From the NCBI RefSeq assembly GCF_011745625.1, contig NW_027191454.1:248001-312000 (forward strand): 64,000 nucleotides of DNA, read 5' to 3'. Shown piece after piece: positions 34,887-46,587 of this stretch. This DNA comes from Cladosporium halotolerans. Lineage: Eukaryota. Within the stretch, counting starts at the first letter, position 1; each line of letters begins with the position of its first letter. Under the pieces are notes generated by a model. That model saw only the letters and a program-made list of their open reading frames with translations. It made no database searches and was not told the DNA's origin. Position numbers and translations under genes: made by a program.

Positions 34887-36072
34887 ATGGACGACCGCTT
34901 TTCACCGCGCAGCGCGCACTCTGATGAAGCGTTCGCGCAAACCCTCTATGACCCGACATTTGAGCCACAGGCAGGCTTCAACTTCGCAGATTCGCACAGC
35001 GAAGAGCAACGCGGCCTGCATCAAACCATGGGCTCTCCCCTAGGCTCTCCACAGGTCCCAAACCAGCACTCATTCTTCGACCCAGTCAGCACAACCAGGT
35101 AAGTCGCCAGAAAGGCCCCCGTGGCGCGTGAGGCATCTGCTGACCAAGATTCCATCCAGTTTCGATCCATCTTTCCAGTTCACCGGCGGCGCAAATGATT
35201 TCACACCGCAGCCCGCAGACTTCGGCCAGCAGTTAGATTCTGGCAGCCTCTGGCAAGACCAGAGCGCCAGCGGTCCTGACGCGCTCGGGGTCGCCTTTTC
35301 ACAGCCAGGCGCGATGCAGCAGATCGTGCAGAGCCGCGCTGGCACCAAGCAGCAATTCGGCCAGATCACTCCACCGGACGACACCATGACTGATTTCGCG
35401 CCGTCAAAACAAACGCCTGCACAGTCGGCTGTCGCGCAAGCTGCCGCAAAGGCCGGGACTGACAAGTCAGAACGCGCCCGAAATGCCGCAAATCAGCGAC
35501 ATGCGAAGAGGAAAATTTTGCGGACCGATAGCCACGGAAGTAACCCAGTAGATAGCGACGTCGAGGGGGAGGGCGGCGACAAGAAGGAGAAGTACCGCGA
35601 GAAGAACAGGCTCGCTGCCGCCAAGTGTCGCGCGAAGAAGAAGGAAAACATCGGGGATATCGAAGTCAAGCACCGCAAGCTGAGCGCCATGAACTCCGCG
35701 CTGAAGAAGCAGGTGCAAGATCTCCGCGGCGAGCTCACCGGCCTGCGGACGCATGCGCTCAACCACCAGGATTGCAGCTGCCCCATCAACCGCTACAATA
35801 TCAATCAGGCGAAGAGAGTCGCCATGGGGGCTGACAATAACTCCCCGTCGATGGGACTTGATGGCGGCGGCAGATCCTTTTCGTTCATGCAGTCACCGCC
35901 GGGCATGGGCATGCCTTCTCGTGCGAATTCATTCGGCAATCCTTCAGGCTTTGCCTTCGCATCCGTAAGCACGCCCGACAACATGGGTGGCATGCAGAGT
36001 CAGGAAGGCTCACCGCACTTTGGCGACTACATGCCGTCAGGATTTGGCAACCAAGGCTTTCCGCAGTCTTAA
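34887..36072 (+). CDS. bZIP transcription factor, ATF/CREB (Atf21-like) type
   Basis: Exon 1 34887-35098, intron 35099-35159 (GTAAGT...GCTGAC...CAG). Basic region REKNRLAAAKCRAKKK, heptad zipper (I-L-L-L-L) and HQDCSC tail; conserved QFGQITPP motif. Confidence 0.88.
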
Positions 36073-37963
36073 CAATCCACAGACCGCACACGGCGAGGAT
36101 CGTGTTTGAAGGCCAACAATGGCATACCCAGTCAAGCGGCGTGCACGACGCGCGCCACTAATCTTTCCTCGCTTGCCTGACGATGTTACGCCACCGCGTC
36201 ACTGCGGTTGTAATTGGGGGCGTTCGAGCTCACGAGAGCTATGTGATTCCTTAGCGTCGGCGTTTTTTGTTTCCCATGCACGGTTGGCGTTTTCTAAAAC
36301 CATGTGCAACCAATACACAGGCACAGGTGGTTTCTTTTCCTTAACGCAATATATCATGTGGCGTTAATGAGGTAGTTTGATCCGAAAATCAATAAGTTCA
36401 AAGCGCGGTTGCTTCCATCCAAGATCGTCCTGGAACATCGTCGAGGACCTGTGAACAATGCTCCCGTCCTACGTAGATCACCAAACACCGTAACCAGTAG
36501 CAGCGTGACATGATAGTAGAATATCGTCCGACGGAAGGCTAGACTTGAGCCTTGGCGTGCAGGTAATAGAATGCCAGATGCACTTCCACCCGTGCAGACA
36601 GACCCCGGCGGCCAGAAGCTGCGCTAGCGTGAACATCTGTAGCTGATGTGAAGAGCTAGTGGGCGCGCCTTGCTGGTGGCGAAGCGGGTAAAGCGTGGGC
36701 CAAGTGCAGTGGCGAAGCCCGGCTCCGAAGCTGAGGTTTGAACTGGCCCTTCACAAGCCTTCGTTCGCAAGTTCCGACGTTGCTGGCAATACTGCAGCGC
36801 AACAACACCTGGAAGATGTATTTGCTTGCTTTCGTTGAGGATGTCGAAGATCGCCAAAAGTTTAATTCGGCTTGACCGCGTCGCTCGCAGGGAATCTGAG
36901 ATGATTGGGGTCCGAACGGCATAAACCGTGAGGTCGCATATCCTTACAGGTCGAAAATCGTGATATTCTGATTCCAGCAAGTTGTTGTTGAGTTGTTGCT
37001 CCAATTGGTAGTGGTGGTGGCTGGTCCATGGCTGTGGTAAAGTCCTGACTCCGGGCGCGTCGCATCTTCAGCACCACCACCACACGGTCCACACGGCGCA
37101 TTATAATGCATCCTTGGTATCTGGAAAGTCGCAACAATTCAGGTGTTGCTTTGAATATATCGTCCAGTGGTCCTGATCAGCTTCCTTGGGATGGGAGCCC
37201 GATGTCGAGGCTGGTATCGATGCAGTCGCACCGTGTCGCAAATTGCGACCGCACGACACGACCGAGGAGAAGCGCACTCGTAGAATCCATGGTAGGCGTC
37301 CAGTTCCTGCAGATATGGTGTGAGAAGACTGAGAATCGTCGATGGATCGCAGGAAGATCTGAAGGACGAGTGTTTTGGATCACGAGAGAACAAGAGCAGA
37401 CACAGAGAGTGAATTGCAGATAGGAGAAAATGGCCCGGTGGCGGCGCAAGAGTGTGACCAGGTTATGACCACACCACTAGCGCGGGAGCGGCCGCCATGA
37501 TGCCAGCTCTACGAGAGAAGCGGCGGAGGAGGAAGCCCGCCTCCGCCGACGATCAGGCATTTCAGGCATCAACTTTCGACCGGTGCATGAGAACGACAGG
37601 TCGAAAGGTGTCTTCTACATACCATACGGATGCATTTCGTGCTTTGATATGCTGCTAGATCTATTCGCTGTATCCATCTCATCAGATCGGCCTCCAAGTA
37701 ACGCTCCCCCTCGTTGTCACGCTGTCGTGAAATGACTTTGTTGTTGCAGAAGAGAGTCTCACGATGAAGCTGCAGCGGCCAGTGGCAAGCAAACGCCGTC
37801 GGTGGGTGGCCGCGGTGCCGCGCTTTCGTCTCCTCGATTCCCTCATTCTCTCGCAATACTGACATCACAGGCTTACGCCTACAACATACCTACCACCTGT
37901 ACTACGCTACCGTGCCTCGCTTCGTGTGGCACATCCACAACCCATACCAATACACGGTCGCCG

Positions 37964-39367
37964 ATGAGTCTGCTGAACGTAGCCAAGCGTGCCTTCACAC
38001 GACCAATCAGCTCGACTGTCTCCGTTGCTGTAGGAATCGCCCTTGTGTCCGTATACTGGGCTTACTATTCAGGCACTGACACGATCACCGTCCAGCCTGT
38101 GGTTGCTAGACAGATGCATATCCAATCGATTCCGATGTGTAAGTGCCTTGACTCGTCTGAAACTCGTCGCAAATTCGGTCTTTAGGAGCAACACAGGGAT
38201 CTTGTTCAACTGTTCAAGACGCTCCACATGATCCCATTCCCATCGTTCATATAGATTTTGCACACTGCTTTGAAGATAACACTGACTCCTGCAGGGGAGG
38301 GGAGCGGCAACAACTATGCATACCTCGTGAGCGACGACAAGAGCAGACAGGCTGTCATCATTGACCCCGCCAACCCTTCAGAGTGCGTATTCATGTATGC
38401 CACCATCCCGCATCGGTTGCCATTGACATAACATCAGGGTTCTCCCCCATCTCAAGAAAGCCACCGATGGCGGCCTTAAGCTCACCAACATCATCAACAC
38501 TCACCAGTAGGTCCCTTTCTTCGACCAGCGCGAGCTGAGCTCACTATAGTACAGCCATCACGACCATGCTGGTGGAAACTCCGAAGTCCTGAAGAGCTAC
38601 CCTCTCCCCATCATCGGCGGCAGGGATTGCGATAAAGTCACCAAGACACCTAGCCATGGCGAGACGTTCACCATTGGCGATGGCATCAAAGTCAAGGCTC
38701 TTCACACTCCATGCCACACGCAAGACAGCATCTGCTATCTGTTCGAAGATGGCAACGACCGTGCAGTCTTCACTGGTGACACCTTGTTCATTGGCGGTAC
38801 GGACGTGCCGTATCCTGGTCGTGCTCACTCACCATCATGCTAATCGACGTCCAGGCTGTGGCCGATTCTTCGAAGGCAATGCTCAGGAGATGGACAAAGC
38901 ATTGAACGAAACGCTCGGCGCTCTTCCTGACGACACCAAGGTCTACGTATGTTGATCATCTTCCCTTGTTTGGCTTACAGTTGCACCAGCTTACAACTTT
39001 ACTAGCCTGGCCACGAGTACACCAAGGGCAATGTCAAGTTCGGCATCAAGGTCCTGCAGTCTGAGCCCGTCAAGAAACTCGAGGCTTTCACCAATGCGAA
39101 CAAGCAGACTCAGGGCAAATTCACCATTGGTGATGAGAAGGTATTGCACCTTCACAACGCGAAGCTTAGGCCTGATCGCTGACATGCCATCAGAACCACA
39201 ATGTTTTCATGAGACTCGATGTGAGTACCAGAACATTACTGCTGCGATTGCGGGACAACAAATTGCGATGCTAATTGTTGCAGGACCCTGTCATCCAAAA
39301 GTTCACCGGCAAGACTGAGCGCGTGGATGTTATGGCAGCACTCAGAGAGGCCAAGAATTCTATGTAA
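37964..39367 (+). CDS. GLO2: Hydroxyacylglutathione hydrolase (glyoxalase II) with mitochondrial-type N-terminal extension; second in-frame ATG at 38114
   Basis: Introns 38139-38294, 38383-38437, 38507-38554, 38797-38854, 38947-39005, 39141-39193 and 39221-39283 give MHIQSIPMW...NNYAYL...IDPA...[11 protein letters not shown]...HTPCHT...[17 protein letters not shown]...YPGHEYT...EKNHNVFMR; stop at 39365-39367. Confidence 0.92.
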
Positions 39368-39871
39368 AATGTTACATAGTCTAGACATGTCAAAAACAGG
39401 ACGTTCTATGAATGTGCATACGGATCCGTGGCTGTGATTCCTCCGCTCAATGCAAGCCCAACTTTGAGAATCATCAAATGTGACACAGCCCGCCACATCG
39501 TATTGCGGGCCAGCTCATCGTCTCATCAATACAGACACCGAAGTGAAGACATAGCCACAAAGGGGAGGACTCATCGTCAAACCCCCACATTCCGACTCCA
39601 TGATTCGGCAGTCGCACCCGCTTCCTTCGCCGCCGCCGTGCGGTGTGCAAAGTGGAAGTGGCATGACACACGTGGGGTACAGCGCGATGACTCTCCACCG
39701 TGGGGCGGCTCGATTACGACTATACCAACCTTAGTCTTAAGCTCAGGCAATCGCCACCTTGAGCTCCCCGGACCTCTTCACTACCCTATCGACTCCACAG
39801 AGCAGACATGACCCTCCGAATATCGCATTGATCCCTAAACACCTAAGTTCACCCACCACATTCCACACATC

Positions 39872-41882
39872 ATGGCCACGAGACAAGAGCGGTATAAGGC
39901 CAACGCGCCCCACTCGGCGCAAGAGCGGCGCGCGGGCGAGTCGGTATGCTCCATGATGCCATGCGCTCTCGCATAAGCTGTATCGATGCTAATGAACGAT
40001 CCTGCAGGCGCTCAGCGACTTCGCAGACTACGTCGAACAGCAACAAGCGCACCGCCGCCTGCCCTTCAAAACCGACAACGCCGAGCAAACCCAAACCGAG
40101 CACGCCGAGCTCGACATCCTCGACACGCTCGACCTCAACGACGACAAGCCTAAAGTGCGCTTAAAGGACCTGCTGCTCAGCGACGAGGCCGTGGAAGACA
40201 AGACGAGGCAGCTGCAGAGCATCCTCGAGGCGCGAATACAGGAGGGCCACGGCGAGTGCCTGTTCGACGTCGGCCTGGAGGACAATGGCGACTCGCAGGC
40301 GCTGTCGGAGCGCGAGTGGGAGGCTGCGCTGGCGCGGCTGCAGGAGGTGCTGAAGGGCATGCAGGCGGATTGGAAGATCTTGATGACGAAGAATGTGCCG
40401 GACAGCACGGTGGATGTTGGGAATGAGAACAAGCGCGAGCCTGGCTGTGTGGGTAAGATGATGATACGGCGGCAGCCGAAGGGGATTGATGACACGATTG
40501 AGACGAGAGTTGCGGTGGTGGGTAATGTGGATGCGGGCAAGAGCACGATGCTTGGTGTACTAGTCAAGGGTGGCTTGGATGATGGCAGGGGCAAAGCGCG
40601 TGTCAACCTGTTCCGACACAAGCATGAGATTGAGTCTGGAAGAACATCGTCCGTTGGTATGGAGATCATGGGCTTCGACACCAAGGGCGAGGTTGTCGTC
40701 TCGGGCGTCCCAGGTCGCAAGCTAGGATGGGAGGAGATTGGCAAACGCAGCGCGAAGGTCATTTCTTTCACCGATCTGGCTGGCCATGAACGCTACTTGA
40801 GAACCACCGTCTTCGGCTTGCTCAGCTCTGAGCCAAACTACTGTCTGCTCATGGTCGCGGCGAACAACGGCCTGATCGGCATGTCCAAGGAGCATCTCGG
40901 CATTGCTCTCGCGCTCAACGTTCCCGTCATGGTCGTCGTCACGAAGATCGATATCTGCCCGCCTCAAATCCTCCAGCAGACGCTCACTCAGCTCACGAAG
41001 ATCCTCAAGTCTCCAGGCGCCCGCAAGATTCCTATCTTCATCAAAAACCGCGAGGACTGCGTTAACACCGCAAGCGAGTTCGTCAGCCAGCGCATCTGCC
41101 CCATTTTCCAGGTCTCCAACGTCACTGGCGAGCACATCGATCTCGTCCGCGAGTTCCTGAATATCCTTCCTCACCACGGAAAATACGACATCGACGCACC
41201 ATTCGAATTCCACATCAACGACACCTTCTCCGTCCCGTTCGTCGGCACAGTAGTCAGCGGTGTCGTCAAGTCTGGCGTCGTCCACGCCGGCGACACCGTC
41301 CTCGTCGGCCCCGACTCCCTCGGCCAGTTCACAACAACCACCATCCGATCGATCGAGCGCAAGCGCATCTCCGTGCCCGGCTGCTCGGCAGGCCAGTCAG
41401 CATCCTTCGCCCTGCGCCGCGTGCGCCGCAAAGACGTCCGTAAGGGCATGGTCGTGCTGCTCGCCAAATCCGAGGCGAACCCTAACGTGCCTGCGCCGCA
41501 GCCCAAGGTCCACAGAGAGTTCATCGCCGAGGTCCTGATCCTGTCGCACGCCACGACCATTCGCACAAAGTACCAGGCCATGCTGCACGTCGGCCCGATA
41601 TCGCAGACCTGCTCTATAGTCGACATCGACCGCGCGTACATCCGCACTGGCGACAGGGCGACTGTCGCGTTCAGGTTCGTGCAGAGACCGGAGTTCTTGG
41701 CTGTCGGCGACAGGATTCTGTTCCGCGAGGGGCGCACGAAGGGTCTGGGAATTGTCAAGGAGGTCGGGTATGACTATAACAAGCCGCTCAATCCTGAGGC
41801 GACGAAGGAGAGAGAGAGGATCGAGAGGGGCGAGATTCCGGCTGGCGTTGGGGCTACGGCTACTGCTAAGGTTGGCGCTTGA
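39872..41882 (+). CDS. GTP-binding protein 1/2 (GTPBP1/GTPBP2-like translational GTPase)
   Basis: Exon 1 39872-39943, intron 39944-40007, then ALSDFADYVEQQQ. Motifs GNVDAGKST, HEIESGRTSS, DLAGHERY, TKID and VSNVTG, plus EF-Tu-like beta-barrel domains II and III. Confidence 0.92.
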
Positions 41883-42391
41883 GGGACTACGCTGGTGTTG
41901 TACGGCGTGTCTTCTGATCAGATTTTCACGAATAATGCATTGGGAAAATTCGTAACAAGGAGTAACCTGACGAATCTGGCGTTTTTGTTTTGGGTCCGGC
42001 TTCTGTCTCATGAAAGTGTAATCCTGGAATGAGAAATACCTACGTCGAGGACAGTATGAGCTTCTGTTTGTCTTGCAATCGAAGTCCGTTGCGCTTTTCG
42101 TCTTCAACGTATCTGATGGATTCCGTCTAATATATCGATGAGATGCTTCATCGATGAGATTGAACGGCAACACGGATGACCTCGGGCTACGCGCGACACC
42201 GGATTTGATAACCTCTTTCAGCGACTTTCAATCGGATCGGATGGCCTCCCGTGTGTGAGCGGGGCTATATGCCTTCCCTTCACCCTTTCACATCGTCCAT
42301 TTGAAATCGCTCTCATGGAACGCTCGTCTTGACATAAATGATACCGTAATTCAACAAACACCAATCTCAACACCACACACATGTAAACAAC

Positions 42392-43015
42392 ATGCCAGAC
42401 ACCAAAACCTATCACCTCCCCCCAACAGCCCTCATCCCCAACTCGCCACGCCCGCTAATACACTACCGCAACCACTTCCCCTCAGAACACGACCGCCGGC
42501 CCCTCGCCTTGCACGAGCGCTTCGCCCGCAACGGCTGGGCGACGCAGTGGATCTGGCGCTACGGCAAAGACCAGCGCTCGCACTACCACTCCGGCGCGCA
42601 CGAGTGCATGGTCGTGCTGACGGGCACGGCGAGGATTCGGTTCGGCGTTGCGGACGTGGTCACAGGCGAGGATGTGATTCAAGGGCAGGAAGACGGCGGC
42701 GTGGAGGTCGAGGCGAGCGCGGGCGACGTCTTCATCCTGCCGGCTGGGACGGCGCACAAGACTTTCGAAACGTTGCCGGAGGCGCCGCTGAAGTTGCTTA
42801 CGCCGGGCGATGGGCATGCGGTGGATGTTGAGGGGTTGAGGGGCGTGAATTTGGAGGGGTTTACGATGATGGGTGCGTATCCTGAGGGGAGCGAGTGGGA
42901 TTTCGCGGTTGGTGGAGAGTCGGAGGGGGCGTATGAGAGGGTGTGGAAGGTGCCGAAGCCACGGAAAGATCCAGTGGTGGGTGATGGAGAGGGAGGGCTA
43001 TGTGAGCTTTGGTGA
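42392..43015 (+). CDS. Cupin-domain protein (YjlB-like)
   Basis: IPNSPRPLIHY, FARNGW, metal motif HYHSGAHE, GDVFILPAGTAH, MMGAYP and VPKPRKDPVVG; intronless. Confidence 0.85.
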   Translation: MPDTKTYHLPPTALIPNSPRPLIHYRNHFPSEHDRRPLALHERFARNGWATQWIWRYGKDQRSHYHSGAHECMVVLTGTARIRFGVADVVTGEDVIQGQEDGGVEVEASAGDVFILPAGTAHKTFETLPEAPLKLLTPGDGHAVDVEGLRGVNLEGFTMMGAYPEGSEWDFAVGGESEGAYERVWKVPKPRKDPVVGDGEGGLCELW

Positions 43016-43083
43016 TGGATGTTATGGTCGAGTTTCATGTTCAGGTCGAGTTAAGTGGGTCTGGTAAAGGAGGCCGTCGACCA

Positions 43084-43099
43084 CCCTAACCCTAACCCT
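43084..43099 (+). repeat. Short interstitial telomere-like repeat (CCCTAA)2.7
   Basis: CCCTAACCCTAACCCT read directly; the only such run noticed in the window. Confidence 0.8.
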
Positions 43100-43691
43100 G
43101 AGAGCCCCAAGCATTGGTGGGCACCCAGGCCATTAATATCTTTCTCCCAACATATACTGTCCTAGACACAGAACATATACATGTTGGAGAGAGGGTATGG
43201 TTGTTTAATTTGATTCCAGTGCAACACGGATATATTTTGAGATGCAGAAAGCACGCACTCATGATGAACGTCCGCGACAGAGTGTGGGATGATTTTGTGC
43301 TGCTTATTACTCGACATTCGTTCGTCCCGCGCGCTCAAGGCAAGTCAACGTTCAGCTGCGCCATGTTTTCCAGACCATCATTTTGTTATAGTAAAAGCTT
43401 GGGCGACCATCGCTAAAAGGTTCCTTCCATGACATACAAATATCTACCTCAGCATACATTAACATATCGTGCACCTCGTTGCTGATGTTCGACGAGTGGA
43501 CCTGACGGACTTCGAGCGAACCGGCAGACCTGCCTCGCAAGTATTTTCCCGAATCTCGAAGTGAAGCAGGAAGCAGCTCTCACGTGTGTCCATACGGACA
43601 ACCACCTATTCATCGCCCATCAACCCACTCTCGAAACCGGCTTCCCCCTTGCCCTACTACATACCCCAGTCTCTCACACACATCCGCCACA

Positions 43692-44194
43692 ATGGTCAAG
43701 CTCGAAGAGGTTCCCGACGAGGACTTCCAGGCCCAGCAGCAGGGCCCCAAGATCGAGGAGGAGGACGACTGGGACACCGACTCTGGTATGCCGCATCGAT
43801 TGCGCATCATGCGCATTCATTCCCTCCAGAACCTTTACTAACAGTGCCCTCAGAGTCCGACACCAGCGAGATCTCCGACGACTCCTACGAAGAATCGCTT
43901 GCCGACCGCATCGCCGCGCTCGCCGACATCGTCCCGCCCACCTACCGCAAGCGCATCTCCTCCGCCGCCAACACAACCTACGACTGGACGGCCTCCGGCC
44001 TCAGCTTCAGCGGTAAGGCCCTGTGGGTCATCAGCACCAGCGCGCTGCTGCTCGGCATCCCCTGGGCGCTGGCCTTCAGCGAGGAGCAGCAGATGCAGGA
44101 GATGGAGCGCGAGATGCGCATGCAGCAGGGCGCCAGCGAGGTCCTGACCGGCGGCGCGCAGGCCGGTGAGCAGGCGGCCAAGCCCGCGCTCTAA
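43692..44194 (+). CDS. TOM22: Mitochondrial import receptor Tom22
   Basis: MVKLEEVPDE acidic N-terminus, intron 43786-43853 (GTATGC...TACTAAC...CAG), ESLADRIAALADIVPP, and TM GKALWVISTSALLLGIPWALA. Confidence 0.93.
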
Positions 44195-44679
44195 ATGAAC
44201 GAGCGATAAAGGGGGCCTGTTCTTTTTTTGCATCATGAAGGAAGGATCGTTCGTCGTTGTATTTGAGGAGAAGCGGGATACCTCACGTTTGAAGGGCTTT
44301 CTCTCTGTGTATAAAACTTTTTGGCAGCGCTTTTGGGTTTGCAGCATGCTAAGGGTGAGACTGGGTTGTCTACTGTCTCCCGTAGCGAGTGTACTATATT
44401 TCTCATCTCACGACTATCTCTAGGCTGCTCTCTTTGCAATAGAATGTGATTGCCAACAATACTACGGAAAACTCGCGGGTTCACAAAACAGAGCTCGCAC
44501 CAAGAGTCCGTCCGAATCTAAAATTCTGAATTGAATCATGATGGCATTAAGCCTGTACCTAGTATACTCTTGCACAGTCCCTTTTCGGCAACATACCCTC
44601 CGCGAGAACTCCATGCGTGCGCCGTTTGAGCAAACGGAAAACTCGATACAAAGCCAAAACTTTCCTCCCTGACAACCGC

Positions 44680-46161
44680 TTACACACCCTCGTTGGCCAA
44701 CCGATGCACGACAGGCACCGAGCTAGGCGGTAAACTGCCGTACTCGCAGATGACCATGCGAATATACTCAGCCGGCGTGATGTCGTACATGAGGTTGAGG
44801 ATCTGCAGGTTCTTGATGTCCCTCCAGTCGCCAAGCTGTTTGACCTTCGACGACGAGCTCTCCTCGTCCTTGTCCTCACCGGCTGACTGCTGCGAAGCCT
44901 CGCTCGCAGGCTGCGGGAGCAGGAGCTCTTCCGACGGCGCGACCTCGTTCAGCACGATCGAGTCCAGCGCCACTTTGCCGGTGAACTTGACGGACTCGCA
45001 GAGCACTATGACGGGCACGTCGGCTTGGTGCGCGTGCATGGCGACGCTGGCGGTGCCGACGCGCGATTGCAAGCGGCCGTTAGAGAGCATGCTGTGCGCG
45101 CCCAAAAGGACGAGGTTGGCGTCTTTGACTGCGTGTGCAATGCCGGAGAGCGGGGTGTATTCAACTTCGAGACCGGCAAGCATGAGGGTTTTGGCGAGGT
45201 TTTTGCCCTCGTACAAGGGGCGGGAGTCTGCGACGATGACTCGGAAAGGGATGCCGTCCGCGTGAGCTTGCAGGAGAGTCTTCGAGACGAGAGAGGAGTT
45301 GGCATATGTGAGAACGACCGAGTTCGGCTTGATCTGTGTGCGGGCGGACGAGGCGATGGCCTGGTCGGTGACTGTGATGCGGTCTCTGATGAAGATGTCG
45401 ATTTGCTCGCACAGGAATGCCTTTGCCTCTGTTTCTTCGACACTGGGGTCGATCTCTACGATCAGCTTCTTCAAGAAGCGGATCGCATTTCCCATGCTCT
45501 CGGAGATGGGGCGACATGACTTGAGAAAATCGATTTGGGGCGAGAGAAAGTGGGTTGTCATGTGTCGTGCCAGAGAAGTACCGAGAGGTGTGGTGTACGC
45601 CTGAATAGCCTCCTTGAAGGCAAGCAGCATACCAACGCAGCGGGCGCTGCTACCGCAAAGCTCGTAGCTGCTCATCTGGAAGCCCAGGGCGAGCACGGCG
45701 GGATGCACATCTTTCGAGACGCCCTCAACAGTATGTCTGCGCTGGGTATAGAGGTGACTGAATAGTTCGACCTGCTTGTTCTCCTTCTTTGGCTCCTTGG
45801 GCACATTAGAATTCGCTACGGCAGCTTGAAGTGCAGCACCGCCTTGTGAGGGCCGCCGTCTGTGTGCCAGAACTTGTGATTGTGCCTGTGAGCCAGAGCG
45901 CTTGTGTTGCGTCTTGTCCTGTCCTCCCTGCTTCTGCTGCTGACCCTTCTGTTTTTGGTCGCCCTGCTTTGACTGCTGATTTGAACCTGCTTCGCCGGTG
46001 GGCGCGCCATTCGCTGTAGGTGGTCCACCTGGAGGCGCGCCTGTGGACTCTTTCTGTGCCGCGCGCCTTGCCTGCTTCTCTGCCTTTGCCCTCTTCTTCA
46101 GCTCAGCTGGAGACAGCTTCTCGTCATCCTGCTTGGGAACCTCCTTCGCGGGCTCGGCCAT
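44680..46161 (-). CDS. GCD2: Translation initiation factor eIF2B delta subunit
   Basis: Lys/Gln-rich N-terminus (LSPAELKKRAKAEKQARRA), LFSHLY, VHPAVLALG, CGSSARC, CRPISESMGNAIR, DSRPLYEG, SRVGTASVAM and YDITPAEYI. First ATG at 46161. Confidence 0.92.
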   Translation of the reverse strand: MAEPAKEVPKQDDEKLSPAELKKRAKAEKQARRAAQKESTGAPPGGPPTANGAPTGEAGSNQQSKQGDQKQKGQQQKQGGQDKTQHKRSGSQAQSQVLAHRRRPSQGGAALQAAVANSNVPKEPKKENKQVELFSHLYTQRRHTVEGVSKDVHPAVLALGFQMSSYELCGSSARCVGMLLAFKEAIQAYTTPLGTSLARHMTTHFLSPQIDFLKSCRPISESMGNAIRFLKKLIVEIDPSVEETEAKAFLCEQIDIFIRDRITVTDQAIASSARTQIKPNSVVLTYANSSLVSKTLLQAHADGIPFRVIVADSRPLYEGKNLAKTLMLAGLEVEYTPLSGIAHAVKDANLVLLGAHSMLSNGRLQSRVGTASVAMHAHQADVPVIVLCESVKFTGKVALDSIVLNEVAPSEELLLPQPASEASQQSAGEDKDEESSSSKVKQLGDWRDIKNLQILNLMYDITPAEYIRMVICEYGSLPPSSVPVVHRLANEGV

Positions 46162-46580
46162 CTTCGGGGAAGTGTTCGTGTATATATTGTTCAAGCGGTC
46201 CTTACCTTACCGAGTAGTCCCTTGCGGGTTGTGGATGTTTGATGGACAAACAACGCGAGCGCGCGAGTTGATCGTAGGTGCCGTTGTGCAACAGTGTGCC
46301 AAAAAATCCAGGATAGTCTGTGTCGCGCGACGCAATCAATTAAAAGCTGCCATTTCGCGTGTCCTTGGTATCGTGTAGGTGGGGTTCGTGTCCGTCTGCG
46401 GGCGACCTGAGTTGGTAGTGCGAGGTCGCAGGATTGCAATTATGTCGAGGACGTAAGTTCGGTATTTGTGAAGCTATCGGGTCTCTGTAGCTTGTAGTTC
46501 TTATAGATTGCGGGTAATGCGCTGGGTGGTGGTTCACATGCGATGCTCAATCGCAAGAAATTCGTCCCGAAAGGCGGGCG

Positions 46581-46587
46581 TGACTCA
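46581..46587. promoter_or_regulatory. TGACTCA Gcn4/CpcA (AP-1)-type element about 420 bp upstream of the eIF2B-delta ATG
   Basis: aaaGGCGGGCG-TGACTCA-aaaGCGGGCG: a perfect core flanked by a GCGGGCG direct repeat. Function is inferred. Confidence 0.4.

Noticed and set aside
43084..43099. Chromosome end or confident telomerase RNA call
   Set aside because: Fewer than three repeat units in the middle of housekeeping genes, and no pseudoknot or CR4/5 could be identified by eye. Kept only as a low-confidence finding.
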